From positions 25,331 through 89,330 of the IMG/VR virus record IMGVR_UViG_2737471636_000001: DNA of 64,000 bases; one strand, written 5' to 3'. A model generated the notes under the pieces. The model was not told the origin of the DNA, searched no databases, and saw only the letters and a list, made by a program, of their open reading frames with translations. The position numbers were made by a program, and so were the translations under genes. Each line of letters opens with the position of its first letter. Position 1 is the stretch's first letter. Shown in pieces: positions 9,301 through 19,837 of this stretch. The stretch is from a virus (lineage: Duplodnaviria; Caudoviricetes).

Positions 9301-11166
9301 TTATCGGGTTAGTGTCTGAGTGACATATATCTGGCGTGCAACACCGTCATATCGCAGCCAATATGCGCAGTCGATTCGATCATAAGGATGTACCTCATTA
9401 GGCGCTACCTCGAATTTCCATGCCTGTCCGTCCATTCCTGGGTCATTGCTAGGAACCAACCAACCGGAAGCCTCCGCACCCTCGAATAATTGTGTCAGAG
9501 CGTTTTTCAATCGCTTCAAAGCAATCTGCATGGGCAATTGCAAGACGTCCTTGCCCAGTCTTGTTACCGCGTCGTCAATGCTGCTTGACATATCTGCAGT
9601 GGATATCAGTTTCCTCAAACTGTCTTTAACCGTTGCACTGGTTAATGAATCGCGGAATACGAATAGTCCACCGCCAGAAAAAACTTCCCAGGTTACCGGG
9701 TTAATTTTGGCATTGGCCAGGGCATTCAATTCCTGATTGCTTGGCGAGTAGGTCTGTATCATTCGAGAGCGGCGTATAGGCCAATTCTTGTTAGCTACCG
9801 GATAATTCTTTGGCGCAAATCCTCTTGAATCGGTCTGTGCATTGCGACCGCATGCATACGCGATATTCAGCGTAGCCATACCAAAATAGCCATTTGGATT
9901 AATACCCGCGGGGTCATTTGATTTGACTGGCGCCCAAAAAGCATGAATCAGGTGAGCAGCTTCATTTGCACCAAGATTCAACTGCTCTACGAAAGCAATC
10001 GCGGCAGCAGAGCTAAGGTTTCCTGGTACATCGAATCGCAGCTGACGATTAGTATCGAACGCCAATTGAGCCAATTGCCCCAAGAGAGCCGCAGACTGGG
10101 ATCCTCCCGATGAAATGTAGGTATAATTGAACGGCGTGTATTTCAGTTTCTGTCGTGCAGCCACGTAGTCATCGGTCGAATAAGCGGTTCCACCTTCTAC
10201 AAAGCATGTCAGAACACCCGATTTAGCCCATTTCTCCAAACCGCTTGTGTCGTAACCGTAGGCATCTGAAGTAGTGGCGACCACAGCATCTTCGCCGGTC
10301 ACTTCAACCAATACCTCAATCAGATCGGTTTGCGCGGATATCGCATCGGGAAGATAAGCCGAGCCGCCAAAATCATCCTTGGCATCCGCATCGAGAGATC
10401 CGGTGAATTCCTGAATCAGGATTCCTGACTTGTCTCTGATACGCAAGGTAATGAAGTCATTTGCGACCGCAGAACCGCCCGTTTTCTTCTCATCAGCTCG
10501 AAACTCGACAATAATTCCATCGTTAAAGCACTCAAGGTGCTTCACCGCAAAGAAATAATTGCCTATTGGGGCTTCTGCTGTAGGTAGAATGGTTAACGTT
10601 GGCGCCGTTGAGAATCCGGTACCGCCCTCAGTTACGATAACGGAAGCGATAACGCCATCCGTGAATGTTGGCGTCAAAGTAGCGCCGGTGCCTGGACCAG
10701 CTATAGTGATTGTTTCTGTGCCAGCATAATCTCTACCACCATCGACAATCGTCACGGCAGTAATCACACCGGCATTAACAGTGGCTGTCAAGATGGCCGG
10801 GGTATGCGAGGTTACGAATAATGGCGTATCGTTCGGAGCGGATATAACTGCCCATTTTATTTGAGCCGAGTCAGTTACGAGTCGTTGTACAACCGCCTCA
10901 TAAGCGCCGTTATTCAGTGCTTCAACAACGTGTACCCAGGCTTCATTCAAAGCGGAGGTACGAATCAGTTCACCTTTCCCAAGTTTTTTGAGCGCATTAC
11001 CGCGATCAACTTTGAAAGGCTTGTCTATGCGGCCACGTGCAGAACGCATCATTATTCCAAATACTTGATCCTGATTATCCTGTGATGGAATCTCGGAATT
11101 ATCGCGTAGCGGATTAAGTTGCACGCCAGATTCGGCACCCAATTGTCTAACGAAAGTAGTAGTCAT
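9301..11166 (-). CDS. Contractile tail sheath protein
   Basis: 621 aa; C-terminal ELNAL..AKINPV...FRDSLT and YDGVARQI sheath-type motifs. Confidence 0.8.
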   Translation of the reverse strand: MTTTFVRQLGAESGVQLNPLRDNSEIPSQDNQDQVFGIMMRSARGRIDKPFKVDRGNALKKLGKGELIRTSALNEAWVHVVEALNNGAYEAVVQRLVTDSAQIKWAVISAPNDTPLFVTSHTPAILTATVNAGVITAVTIVDGGRDYAGTETITIAGPGTGATLTPTFTDGVIASVIVTEGGTGFSTAPTLTILPTAEAPIGNYFFAVKHLECFNDGIIVEFRADEKKTGGSAVANDFITLRIRDKSGILIQEFTGSLDADAKDDFGGSAYLPDAISAQTDLIEVLVEVTGEDAVVATTSDAYGYDTSGLEKWAKSGVLTCFVEGGTAYSTDDYVAARQKLKYTPFNYTYISSGGSQSAALLGQLAQLAFDTNRQLRFDVPGNLSSAAAIAFVEQLNLGANEAAHLIHAFWAPVKSNDPAGINPNGYFGMATLNIAYACGRNAQTDSRGFAPKNYPVANKNWPIRRSRMIQTYSPSNQELNALANAKINPVTWEVFSGGGLFVFRDSLTSATVKDSLRKLISTADMSSSIDDAVTRLGKDVLQLPMQIALKRLKNALTQLFEGAEASGWLVPSNDPGMDGQAWKFEVAPNEVHPYDRIDCAYWLRYDGVARQIYVTQTLTR

Positions 11167-11172
11167 TACTTA

Positions 11173-11808
11173 TTAATCTCCGCTTTTGCTGCTGTTTGCG
11201 TACGATTTGCCGGGTTTCTTGGAACTTACCTTCTTAGGGGCATCAGTTTCCGTCGCTTCATCGTTTTCTTGGGGTGGAGTTTGCTCACCTATTAAAGGCG
11301 GTTCGTTGCCTTCTTTGTTATCGTCAGCATTGGCACCGGGGTTTTCTTCTGAATAATCGGTTTTGCCGTCATCATTCCCTGAATCATCACCGGTACCATT
11401 GCCTGATTCATCACCGCCTTGATCCGTTATTTCTGGCTTTTGATTCAGATCGACTTCCGGTTCTGGCTTTGGCTCAGGATCGCGTGATTGCTCATCACCA
11501 GCAATCGTCTCAATGGTCATAACCGCATATTCGTGACCATTCAATACAGCAATTTGTTGAACGCTAGATGCTAACCTAATGAATTGAGCTTCACTCTCAA
11601 TCTGCACCACTTTTTTGTTGGATCCATCGAAAACTGTAACGCCCCGAAGGTAGAGCCCTTTAACTTCTGAAAGGGTAATATCATGAGGCATACAGTTGAC
11701 AACTTCGACATTTATCGGATAAACGCACTCGGCAAATGTTATTGCTATTAACTCCGCCACCCTTCCCGTGTGGGAAGGTGCTCTAAGTTCGATTCGATTT
11801 CTGGTCAT
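11173..11808 (-). CDS. Hypothetical protein with disordered acidic C-terminus
   Basis: 211 aa between capsid and sheath genes. Confidence 0.6.
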   Translation of the reverse strand: MTRNRIELRAPSHTGRVAELIAITFAECVYPINVEVVNCMPHDITLSEVKGLYLRGVTVFDGSNKKVVQIESEAQFIRLASSVQQIAVLNGHEYAVMTIETIAGDEQSRDPEPKPEPEVDLNQKPEITDQGGDESGNGTGDDSGNDDGKTDYSEENPGANADDNKEGNEPPLIGEQTPPQENDEATETDAPKKVSSKKPGKSYANSSKSGD

Positions 11809-11852
11809 TCTAGTACCCCTTTCTTTTATTGCTAGGCTATCTCGTGGGACAA

Positions 11853-13535
11853 TTAAGGCATGTTGGTTACATTGATCAACGCGCAGCCGAGAGCAGCTTG
11901 CTGGAATGGATTAACCGCAGTGAAATTACGCGCATAAAAAGCTGCGCCTTGTTTCAGATCGGCATTCAGTGCAAGTGGCAATACAGTTGGAGGTACGGCA
12001 TCGCCCAGTACGAAAGGATTCATTGGAACACTGGTAGCTCTGCCAAACCCCAAGATTTGAGAAGCACCGGATGTTTCTACAACAACTTTTGGTGAGTAGT
12101 AGACTTCATAGCGTCCGAACAGTCGACCTAAGCGGTATATGCATGCACGTTCTGATATACCGGATGGCTCAAACACTTCCCGTGGCATTCCCTGGATGAT
12201 TGCAGCCAGGTTTTTGCCGACATAAAGGTGCGTCAAGCCGTGATCCATGGTATCAATGGCCATTTGCTGAGATACCGCCCCCAGAGCCGAGGCCAGATCG
12301 ATCATGATCTGAGATTTGTTTAATTGCTGTGAACGTGCACCCCAATCGAAATCGAAAGTTGCCTGATTGTTAACAGCAATACGCTTGCCTTTTCTCAGAA
12401 CTTCATAATGACGTTCGTTCCCAAACTGGGTTTGCACCGAGATTACACCTTCGCTATAGGCATCCAGTCCCAATTCATTAGCTATTTGTGTACGGCTGTC
12501 CATGGTTTGATAAGTGGTCACCCTCCATGGTTTGGCGTACAATTTATAAGTATTAACAGCAGTTATGATCGACGGTGTTAATTCTGGTGCCCGTTCAAAA
12601 TCAATGAAGCCTTCAACAATAACGGGAACGGTATCCGGCAATTTTGGAGTAGTGGTCAGAGCGTATACGCCGGTATCGGTATTGATCGCTCCGCCAATGC
12701 TGTAGCTCGTTCCTGCCACATCGATAGTTCCGCTTACGGTCGAATTTCCAGTGCCGGATGAATCCACTTCTTTCGCAGCAGGAATACCGTTCACATAAAC
12801 GATTGAACGACCGCGCAGCAATTTGATATTGACTCCCCCAGCGCAAGTTTCTTCAGTATCCTGAATTGATGTTAATGCACCGGTAACAGCTCCGGTTCCA
12901 GAATCCGGCATACTCTTATTCACGCGAGAAGATGAAATGTAAGAATCGCCAGAGTTAACGCCATCCAATGAACCGCCTTCAGCGTATTGACCAAAGGTAT
13001 TGCCAGCACGGTGAGACATAATCGCCAGAATACCCTCATTTGACCCGATATCCGCTGGTAGATAATGAGCAAAAGGGATTGCATCACCCATCGCTGACAG
13101 AATCGCAACAACAGCGCGGTTAGGTTGCAGTGAGATTTGATCGTGATGATTTGAATCAGCAGAATCAAGAGTCGGTAACTTATGTTGTCTGCGTGCCGTG
13201 TCGGTCGTAGCGTAAGCGGAATGAATCGCTTGCTCGATCACGTCAGCAGGTGCCTCGACTCCGTGCTGTGATTCGTACACGTTCACGCTATCCAGCAACG
13301 CGCGAGTAATGCGTGCAGAATCCTTGCTATCAACGTTATCCAAAACCACTTGAAGCTTTTCAGGAATCTTTACGCCAGTATTCTGATTGCTTGCCGTGTC
13401 GATAAAATCCATCGCCGCAGCGGAATCGAAAGTTCCTGACTTAACAGCATTATCTTTAAGATTCTCAATAAACACTGCCACTTCCGCAGTATTTTTGTTC
13501 AGGTATTCTTGATTTGTACGCTTGATGGGGGTCAT
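11853..13535 (-). CDS. Major capsid protein (P1 gp23-like)
   Basis: ~560 aa, P1-like size and position after a late-promoter motif; RBS AGAGGA before ATG 13535. Confidence 0.75.
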   Translation of the reverse strand: MTPIKRTNQEYLNKNTAEVAVFIENLKDNAVKSGTFDSAAAMDFIDTASNQNTGVKIPEKLQVVLDNVDSKDSARITRALLDSVNVYESQHGVEAPADVIEQAIHSAYATTDTARRQHKLPTLDSADSNHHDQISLQPNRAVVAILSAMGDAIPFAHYLPADIGSNEGILAIMSHRAGNTFGQYAEGGSLDGVNSGDSYISSSRVNKSMPDSGTGAVTGALTSIQDTEETCAGGVNIKLLRGRSIVYVNGIPAAKEVDSSGTGNSTVSGTIDVAGTSYSIGGAINTDTGVYALTTTPKLPDTVPVIVEGFIDFERAPELTPSIITAVNTYKLYAKPWRVTTYQTMDSRTQIANELGLDAYSEGVISVQTQFGNERHYEVLRKGKRIAVNNQATFDFDWGARSQQLNKSQIMIDLASALGAVSQQMAIDTMDHGLTHLYVGKNLAAIIQGMPREVFEPSGISERACIYRLGRLFGRYEVYYSPKVVVETSGASQILGFGRATSVPMNPFVLGDAVPPTVLPLALNADLKQGAAFYARNFTAVNPFQQAALGCALINVTNMP

Positions 13536-13638
13536 TGTCTTTTGTCCTCTGGTTTTATACACACACCCGGACGAAAGACCGGGCAACTATCCCCGAAATC
13601 AATGTGCCAAATTGGCATTGATTCCGATAGAAGCCCGC

Positions 13639-13679
13639 ATTTTGAGAGGCTAGAAAATGCTAAAACGTGGGTTTTTCCG
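13639..13679 (-). promoter_or_regulatory. Putative late promoter (CGGAAAAA...CAAAAT)
   Basis: Shared motif and spacing upstream of the capsid gene. Confidence 0.6.
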
Positions 13680-13775
13680 TTTTTTTTACTTCTTAATGAA
13701 GATTAATCAATAAAAAATCCATCTGCATGACTCTTGAAAGGCCTCAAAATAGCTGATTATGCCGTTATGGCAAAG

Positions 13776-14258
13776 TTATATGTCCAGATCCCCGCGACGA
13801 TTTGCTACATAACGCATTGCGAACGGCGGAATATTAATAACTGTTTCGATGTCTACAATCTCGAACGCCAGCTTTACATCTTCGGAAATGACCAGGTAAA
13901 AAACATCGCGTTTCTTGATCGTAAAATTACCCGGTATACCAGTAGGTTCCTCTGGCTCAATTAGGAATCGGAATTCATTGACGAATCCGTTATTGGCATC
14001 TTGTCGGTCCATCATTGAGGATGCTGAAAACATTTCAGCTTGTAACGCATACCCAATTCCAACAAGTTCAAATGAAATATCCTCTTCATCATCAGCTGAC
14101 ATGACGCCGATTCCACCCAATGTTGGCAATCCACCAGAGATAGAATCACCAACACGATTCACAGTCTTTCTGAATACTTGGCATTCCCATGTATTGGGAT
14201 GATTGATGACGATATTGCGTGTCATACGATTAACCGCGGTTGGTACATTATTGAGCAT
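13776..14258 (-). CDS. Putative head-tail connector protein
   Basis: 160 aa, RBS AGGAGG, structural operon. Confidence 0.5.
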   Translation of the reverse strand: MLNNVPTAVNRMTRNIVINHPNTWECQVFRKTVNRVGDSISGGLPTLGGIGVMSADDEEDISFELVGIGYALQAEMFSASSMMDRQDANNGFVNEFRFLIEPEEPTGIPGNFTIKKRDVFYLVISEDVKLAFEIVDIETVINIPPFAMRYVANRRGDLDI

Positions 14259-14260
14259 GT

Positions 14261-15355
14261 TTAAATACCTCCTAATTTCGCGGCTATCTGCTTGTCCGTC
14301 ATATTAAATTTGCGCAATACCGCCAAGTCTGACGCTGACAATTTGCCTGTTTCAAGTGCAGCTTCAATTTTTCTCGTGGCAACCGGCTTCCTGACAATTC
14401 TCTTAACCTTCTTTGCCACTTCATGAATGGATTTTCTCTCTTTAGCCTTGGCACGCTCTGCCGCACGTTGCTGACTGGTCTTGATGCGCGTGGCACTGGC
14501 TTTTTGTTTGTCGATTTCCGCTTGCCTGGCAGTGTGCTTGGCCGTGTTATCTGCTGATGCGTGCAATTTTTCCATGTGTTTAGCAAGAAAGTTGAGCACG
14601 GTGCCCGATGATTCGACTTCGGCCATGACGCGCAACACATGCTTGCACGCCACACCTTTAAGATTCGGGTTCCTGATCTTGGGAAACCCCATTTCCTTAC
14701 GCCCAGCATTGAAGTTGCCTATGGTGCTGATATAACGGAACCAATACCGATGACGGCCACAATCACAATCAAACGCGAGTTTTTGTTTTCTCAGCCAATT
14801 AGCTATCTGCTTTGGTGTTTTGCTATCCTTAGCCTTGGATGACATGAGGCGATTGGCCGCTTCTGCAAATGCATTGAAACGCACCAATACATGGTGACGG
14901 TTTACATCGGAATCCGGGCCGGCATTGGTAATAAATCTGATTTGGCCATTCATGGCTGACGCCGGTACCGCCATAGTGATCTGTTTTTTGGCTCGATCAA
15001 GATCGGTTTCGGGACCTGATCCGGGCATCGGTCGAGAAGCGGCCAGATCGATCACCTGCCGGGCAGTAATGCCATCTCCGTTAAAATTTCTTTGTGCCAG
15101 ACGCATATTGTGACGGAATTGCGCAAGATCGCTGGTGGTAATTGGTCTTACTTGTCCGCCCATGGTTGTCATCAGCACGCGGCTTGCATCCCACTCACCC
15201 TGCACTTCATTTTTGGTAAGGATAATTGAGCGTGGTGACTTTTCAGCCGCTTCACGTTCGCGCAAATCTTCCTTGGCATTTGCCTTGGCTTCGCTGACAT
15301 GACCTTTCAGCTTGCCGATACTGGCTCTTATTTTTCCAAGTAGCAAATTAGCCAT
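14261..15355 (-). CDS. SWIM-type zinc-finger phage protein
   Basis: CDC...CKH motif (FDCDCGRHRYW...GVACKHV), basic C-terminus. Confidence 0.7.
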   Translation of the reverse strand: MANLLLGKIRASIGKLKGHVSEAKANAKEDLREREAAEKSPRSIILTKNEVQGEWDASRVLMTTMGGQVRPITTSDLAQFRHNMRLAQRNFNGDGITARQVIDLAASRPMPGSGPETDLDRAKKQITMAVPASAMNGQIRFITNAGPDSDVNRHHVLVRFNAFAEAANRLMSSKAKDSKTPKQIANWLRKQKLAFDCDCGRHRYWFRYISTIGNFNAGRKEMGFPKIRNPNLKGVACKHVLRVMAEVESSGTVLNFLAKHMEKLHASADNTAKHTARQAEIDKQKASATRIKTSQQRAAERAKAKERKSIHEVAKKVKRIVRKPVATRKIEAALETGKLSASDLAVLRKFNMTDKQIAAKLGGI

Positions 15356-15363
15356 GACCGGGT

Positions 15364-15696
15364 TTATTCAGCCCAGGTAGGCGAGAAATTTTCTCGATAG
15401 GCGCCAATAGACTCGAACCCCGTGCGGCGCTTGATGGCGTAAAGCTGGCTTTCAGTGGGAAGAATGATTAGCTTTTGCGGTAACGCTTGATCGACCATAT
15501 CCAGACCGGCTGAGGCCATTACCGCCAGATACTCATCGCGGCGACCGTATACGCGCTGAGATACCAGGGATAAATCATAGGCTTCATCAGGTTTTGTTTC
15601 ATAGAAAATAGCCGTATCCCAAGGCTTAATGCTATCTGCAAAAATCCTGACTTCCTTGTAAAAATCCTTGGCCGCAACCGAATTATTATCAATCAT
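15364..15696 (-). CDS. Baseplate protein, LysM/tail-X-like
   Basis: DLSLVSQRVYGRRDE..AV motif. Confidence 0.6.
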   Translation of the reverse strand: MIDNNSVAAKDFYKEVRIFADSIKPWDTAIFYETKPDEAYDLSLVSQRVYGRRDEYLAVMASAGLDMVDQALPQKLIILPTESQLYAIKRRTGFESIGAYRENFSPTWAE

Positions 15697-15709
15697 TGGT
15701 AAATTAGCC

Positions 15710-16198
15710 TTAAATCGTAATTATTTGGCCACGCGATAAAGCCAATAATTCTTCTGACATGCTTACAGTACTTTCTATGGTCCCTGCCCTGATTGCATAC
15801 AGGCATGTAGCAAGCGCAGCAATCTGGCCACATGTCACTCCGTCAGCAATGCGAAATACCGGACCTGAATTATCAATGCCGTCCTTCTCAATTGACGGCT
15901 CAGGATTTGAGCGTGCGGCGCGGTCAGAGATCACCAGGCGAGAACTTTTGCCATCAGCAGCAATGCCGGATTTTAAAGTGTAGAACGCTGATATTGCCGG
16001 TTTAAGATCAAGATCCTCGAATAAACTATCGCGCGGAATGTCGGGATCGTTGGTTAAAACCACGCAACCCGCCCGGCGTTCAGTTCTGTAGTCTGCCTCT
16101 GCAGCCACAACAAGAATATTTGTCTCGGTGTCCATAGCTGAAAATAGTGTGCAAGCCCTGCCGCCATAACCAGCGAACGTTGCCTGGATTTGGATCAT
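15710..16198 (-). CDS. Hypothetical structural-operon protein
   Basis: 162 aa, coupled to upstream ORF. Confidence 0.55.
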   Translation of the reverse strand: MIQIQATFAGYGGRACTLFSAMDTETNILVVAAEADYRTERRAGCVVLTNDPDIPRDSLFEDLDLKPAISAFYTLKSGIAADGKSSRLVISDRAARSNPEPSIEKDGIDNSGPVFRIADGVTCGQIAALATCLYAIRAGTIESTVSMSEELLALSRGQIITI

Positions 16199-16467
16199 TT
16201 ATGCCTTTTGAATAAATCGCCTACCCGCATCGTCCACACCGGCCAGGAAAACACCAGGCATATCAGGTTGTATGGCCAGAATGCAATTATCGTCATGACA
16301 ACCACTCCTAAACTGCTGGCAATATCCGCCTTCTCATTCGGGTCTTTAAAGCCAAGGTGCAATACAGCAAACAAGAAAACCAATCCGGCAAGCAAGTAAT
16401 AGATGGCTACATGCTTAATCAGATCAATGTCAATTTCGTAAATGATATTCATCGTTGAGTCATCCAT
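16195..16467 (-). CDS. Small membrane protein
   Basis: Two hydrophobic segments, coupled ORF. Confidence 0.5.
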   Translation of the reverse strand: MDDSTMNIIYEIDIDLIKHVAIYYLLAGLVFLFAVLHLGFKDPNEKADIASSLGVVVMTIIAFWPYNLICLVFSWPVWTMRVGDLFKRHK

Positions 16468-16469
16468 AA

Positions 16470-17213
16470 TTAAGTTACCGTTGTTTGTTTATTAATTGTT
16501 CTGGCATCAAAATCAACTTGATCAACGACTGGATACCCGGAAGGATCGAGCGGTTCTCCTGGGGTTCCTTTACCATCATTGGGTTCATTGTCTGCAGGTA
16601 CTTTGAACAAAGGGGTGGACACCTTGAGAGTGATATCAACAGCCAGAACCGTAAGATTCTTGGCATCCGTTTTTATCGCCATGGCAGGAGCATCGGGGGA
16701 TTCAATCTGAACCGGCCACAGGTCAACAAATCCAGCAAAAGTGTATTGCGCATCGAATCTGCGATTAGGTGCTGAATCAATAAACAAAATGAATTGTGAT
16801 GCAAGGGATTTAGCAGTGGGCTCATCATGGGCGGCTAATACAATCTGAGCACGGATATCACCAGCCACCGCTTGAAGTTTGAAAGCACGCTCTTTGGCAT
16901 CATCCGGAAACGTGAAAAACGCTTCTTCTGATAGCTGCCGGGTATAGTCGCGCCCGGAAGGCACATAATCTTCGGCCACCGCAATAATAATGATCGGCAT
17001 ATCTACCGGATTAGTGGGTGTGTTATCGATGTCCTCTCTCTGCCAGGCAGCCAGCATATCTTCAACGGCATCGACCATGCGCGATGGCGCCCATACGACA
17101 CTTTTTGGTAATCCGCGTGCTATAAACTCATGTAGAGACTTGGTAGTAGGCACGATCCCGGCATAATATCTGCCCATATACTCGCCAAATGCCTTTTTAA
17201 CTGGCTGAAACAT
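16470..17213 (-). CDS. Tail completion/terminator-like protein
   Basis: 247 aa downstream of the head protease; position-based call. Confidence 0.5.
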   Translation of the reverse strand: MFQPVKKAFGEYMGRYYAGIVPTTKSLHEFIARGLPKSVVWAPSRMVDAVEDMLAAWQREDIDNTPTNPVDMPIIIIAVAEDYVPSGRDYTRQLSEEAFFTFPDDAKERAFKLQAVAGDIRAQIVLAAHDEPTAKSLASQFILFIDSAPNRRFDAQYTFAGFVDLWPVQIESPDAPAMAIKTDAKNLTVLAVDITLKVSTPLFKVPADNEPNDGKGTPGEPLDPSGYPVVDQVDFDARTINKQTTVT

Positions 17214-17220
17214 GCTTGTA

Positions 17221-18075
17221 TTACCTCATGAACTTGTTAATTAACCGTCCAAACGTAGGATTAACTTGCTGTTCACTGACTTCCTCTTCGACCGGCTCTT
17301 CAAACTCAGGTAATTTTTCTATCGAGTGAAAATAATCACGGTCTTTTTGCAATGCGCTGATGGGATTGATATCTACTGTTAACGGTGCCATCGTCACGGA
17401 ATCTAGGATTGAGTTAGCGTCGATGCTCTTACTGGCAAGCATCGACAGGAACTGCTCGTTCTCCGCTTGTAGTCTCTCGATTACCGCGCTGGTAGCTTCG
17501 CGCTCAATTTTGATGCTATCCAGCAAGACGATCAATGAACGCGCATGCTCTTCCTGTTCGGCTGCGTACACATCGTCATAGGTAAGATCGCCGGTATTGC
17601 CGCTCAAGGCGTCATCAAACGCCACGCCCCTGAATGAATTATCAAGAAAATTAGGCTGCAGAACGTAATCGAAACCATAGAATTGCGGTCTCTTTTCATC
17701 GATGGCCGATGAGAATCCGCCCACTTTCTGAAAAAATAGTTTCTCTGCGACCTGCCCTGCTGCGGTATCAAGGAACTCCGCTTGATGCTCTACCATGCCG
17801 TCCATTGTTACTTTGAGGTGAGTGGTTATGAATGCCGGTTGCACTGGAACGTACTTACCGCCATCTAAACCTCCCTCAGACGGATGCATTCCGAACCGGA
17901 TTCTAGGGAAGTGACCGTAATATCCAATCATCCCTCTGGAATTAACGGTTTCCTGGCACGCACCCCCATTAACGCTATCGAAAATCTTCTGGATATTGAA
18001 GTTACGCGACTGACCGGTATATTTGCGGCCTCGTTCTTTAAGTGAATATCTGATCATGGGCGTGGTAGTTGGCAT
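17221..18075 (-). CDS. Prohead processing protease (P1 Pro-like)
   Basis: GYYGH, H..EFLDT..G, GGFSSA, GFDYV.QP motifs. Confidence 0.8.
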   Translation of the reverse strand: MPTTTPMIRYSLKERGRKYTGQSRNFNIQKIFDSVNGGACQETVNSRGMIGYYGHFPRIRFGMHPSEGGLDGGKYVPVQPAFITTHLKVTMDGMVEHQAEFLDTAAGQVAEKLFFQKVGGFSSAIDEKRPQFYGFDYVLQPNFLDNSFRGVAFDDALSGNTGDLTYDDVYAAEQEEHARSLIVLLDSIKIEREATSAVIERLQAENEQFLSMLASKSIDANSILDSVTMAPLTVDINPISALQKDRDYFHSIEKLPEFEEPVEEEVSEQQVNPTFGRLINKFMR

Positions 18076-18105
18076 GTTTATGACTCCATTCGTTGAATTT
18101 CTTCA

Positions 18106-18206
18106 ATAATGCCGCCTATGTACCAGCAAACTAGCTGCGTTTTTCCGTTTAGATAGTCTTCCTGCGGAAAATGCGAGGTATTTCATGGCATAGCGCACCC
18201 TAATAT
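18106..18206. promoter_or_regulatory. Divergent pair of putative late promoters (protease / portal)
   Basis: Minus strand: CGGAAAA at 18147-18141 with CATTAT at 18111-18106. Plus strand: CGGAAAA at 18165-18171 with TAATAT at 18201-18206. Confidence 0.6.
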
Positions 18207-18234
18207 CTGCGCATCATTTGCCATCGTGTGACAT

Positions 18235-19821
18235 ATGCCTACTTCAAACAATAAATTAACCAAAAAGCCCGGTTTACTCGCAAGCCTTGGGATACCCGGG
18301 AAGCGCTGGAAATCCGAATACCTGGACCCTGCTCAGGAAATCCAACCTGCAGATACTTTCCTTTATGGATCGGGCATTACGACGGTTGCATCATTGCTTG
18401 GATCGGGCAAGAAATCAGCCAGATCAAGGCAGCAAATCTATAATAAATGGAGCGAAATGGAGTCCGATGCCGTCGTATCATCGGCATTGAAACTGCTTGT
18501 CACATCAGCGCTGGGAGGGCACGAGACAAATGGCGATATCGTATTTATGGAGACAACACCTGCTGCCAGCAAGGATAAAAGGCTGATCCGGATAGTTGAA
18601 GAGACTGCTGAAGAGCTCCAGCCCATTTTCAATAGAATTGCATTTCAGACCGCGTATATAGGTGCGGTTTTTGGAGATGCCTATGGCCGCGTTTACACGG
18701 ATAACCGGGGGGTGATTGATGTCAGCACCGATGAAATGGTCAGACCGCCAATGGTTCAGCCGTTCGAGCGCGGTAATCGCACGGTTGGTTATGCTGTTTT
18801 TACGGGCAGACGCAATTTTGAGCGGTTGGATGTGTCGCAAATGGCCAGGTTAAAAATGTCGCGCACACAATGGACACCCCAGTACGGAGTGGTCGAGAAA
18901 TCACTCAGAATTGCAATTACTGAGGATGATCTTAACGAATTGCCCCTCATGCCCAGCATGGCCGGTGGTTCGCTCTTGTACAACGCTGAGGAAGCATACA
19001 GCAACTTCAATTCAACGCTGCTTGGCATGGTCAGTCAGCGATGGAAAGCATCACTCGATCATCGGATTGTCGGGTTGCAGATGCAGAACATGACCAAGGA
19101 GCAGCAAGACCGATTTATGGCGTCGGTAGTCTCAATGTACAAGGATATTAAAGGAATCGTTGCTGATGCTATAGAAAACGGCAGATCGATACCGGAAACA
19201 GTGACCTCAATCCTGCCGATGTATGCTGACAAGCAACTGGTTTCCATATCCAGCGCTGATAAATCAACCATGCAAAGCATCATAATCGATGATGTGATGA
19301 TTCATGCTCGACTACTATCCGGTGCCATCGGTGTTGATTTGTCCATGCTTGGCTTTGCCGATCAATTGGCGGGTGGACTGGGTGAAGGTGGATTTTTTAG
19401 GACATCAGCCCAGGCTGCTGAGAACGCCCGAATGATCCGCTCATCACTGGCCGACATGTTCAACCAGATTATTGATATTCACACCATGAAACGGTACGGG
19501 ATTGTATTCAATGAAAGAGATCGCCCCTGGAATATTAATTTTTTTGGCTCAATCTCAGCACTTGAAGCAGAAAAGCAGCGCACTAAATCAGACTCAATGA
19601 ATTCAGGCTTGCTGTTGGCTCAATCGATTCAAATGATGAAAGACATGGGGGCTACCGAAAAAATAATGGCTGAATTCCTGACCAAAAACATGATGCTGGA
19701 TGAAGACCAAGCAAAATTGTTTGCAACCATCGTTAAAGTGAAAAATGATCCGGAAGGCGAAGGAGGCGACTTTAGTGGTGGCTTTGGTAGCAATAAAGGC
19801 GGCTTTAGTAGTGGAAATTAA
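18235..19821 (+). CDS. Portal protein (P1 Prt-like)
   Basis: 528 aa; DLSMLGFAD.L.GGLGEGGFFRTS.QAA motif of P1-family portals. Confidence 0.85.
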   Translation: MPTSNNKLTKKPGLLASLGIPGKRWKSEYLDPAQEIQPADTFLYGSGITTVASLLGSGKKSARSRQQIYNKWSEMESDAVVSSALKLLVTSALGGHETNGDIVFMETTPAASKDKRLIRIVEETAEELQPIFNRIAFQTAYIGAVFGDAYGRVYTDNRGVIDVSTDEMVRPPMVQPFERGNRTVGYAVFTGRRNFERLDVSQMARLKMSRTQWTPQYGVVEKSLRIAITEDDLNELPLMPSMAGGSLLYNAEEAYSNFNSTLLGMVSQRWKASLDHRIVGLQMQNMTKEQQDRFMASVVSMYKDIKGIVADAIENGRSIPETVTSILPMYADKQLVSISSADKSTMQSIIIDDVMIHARLLSGAIGVDLSMLGFADQLAGGLGEGGFFRTSAQAAENARMIRSSLADMFNQIIDIHTMKRYGIVFNERDRPWNINFFGSISALEAEKQRTKSDSMNSGLLLAQSIQMMKDMGATEKIMAEFLTKNMMLDEDQAKLFATIVKVKNDPEGEGGDFSGGFGSNKGGFSSGN

Positions 19822-19837
19822 CCAATAGTGGGCAAGC

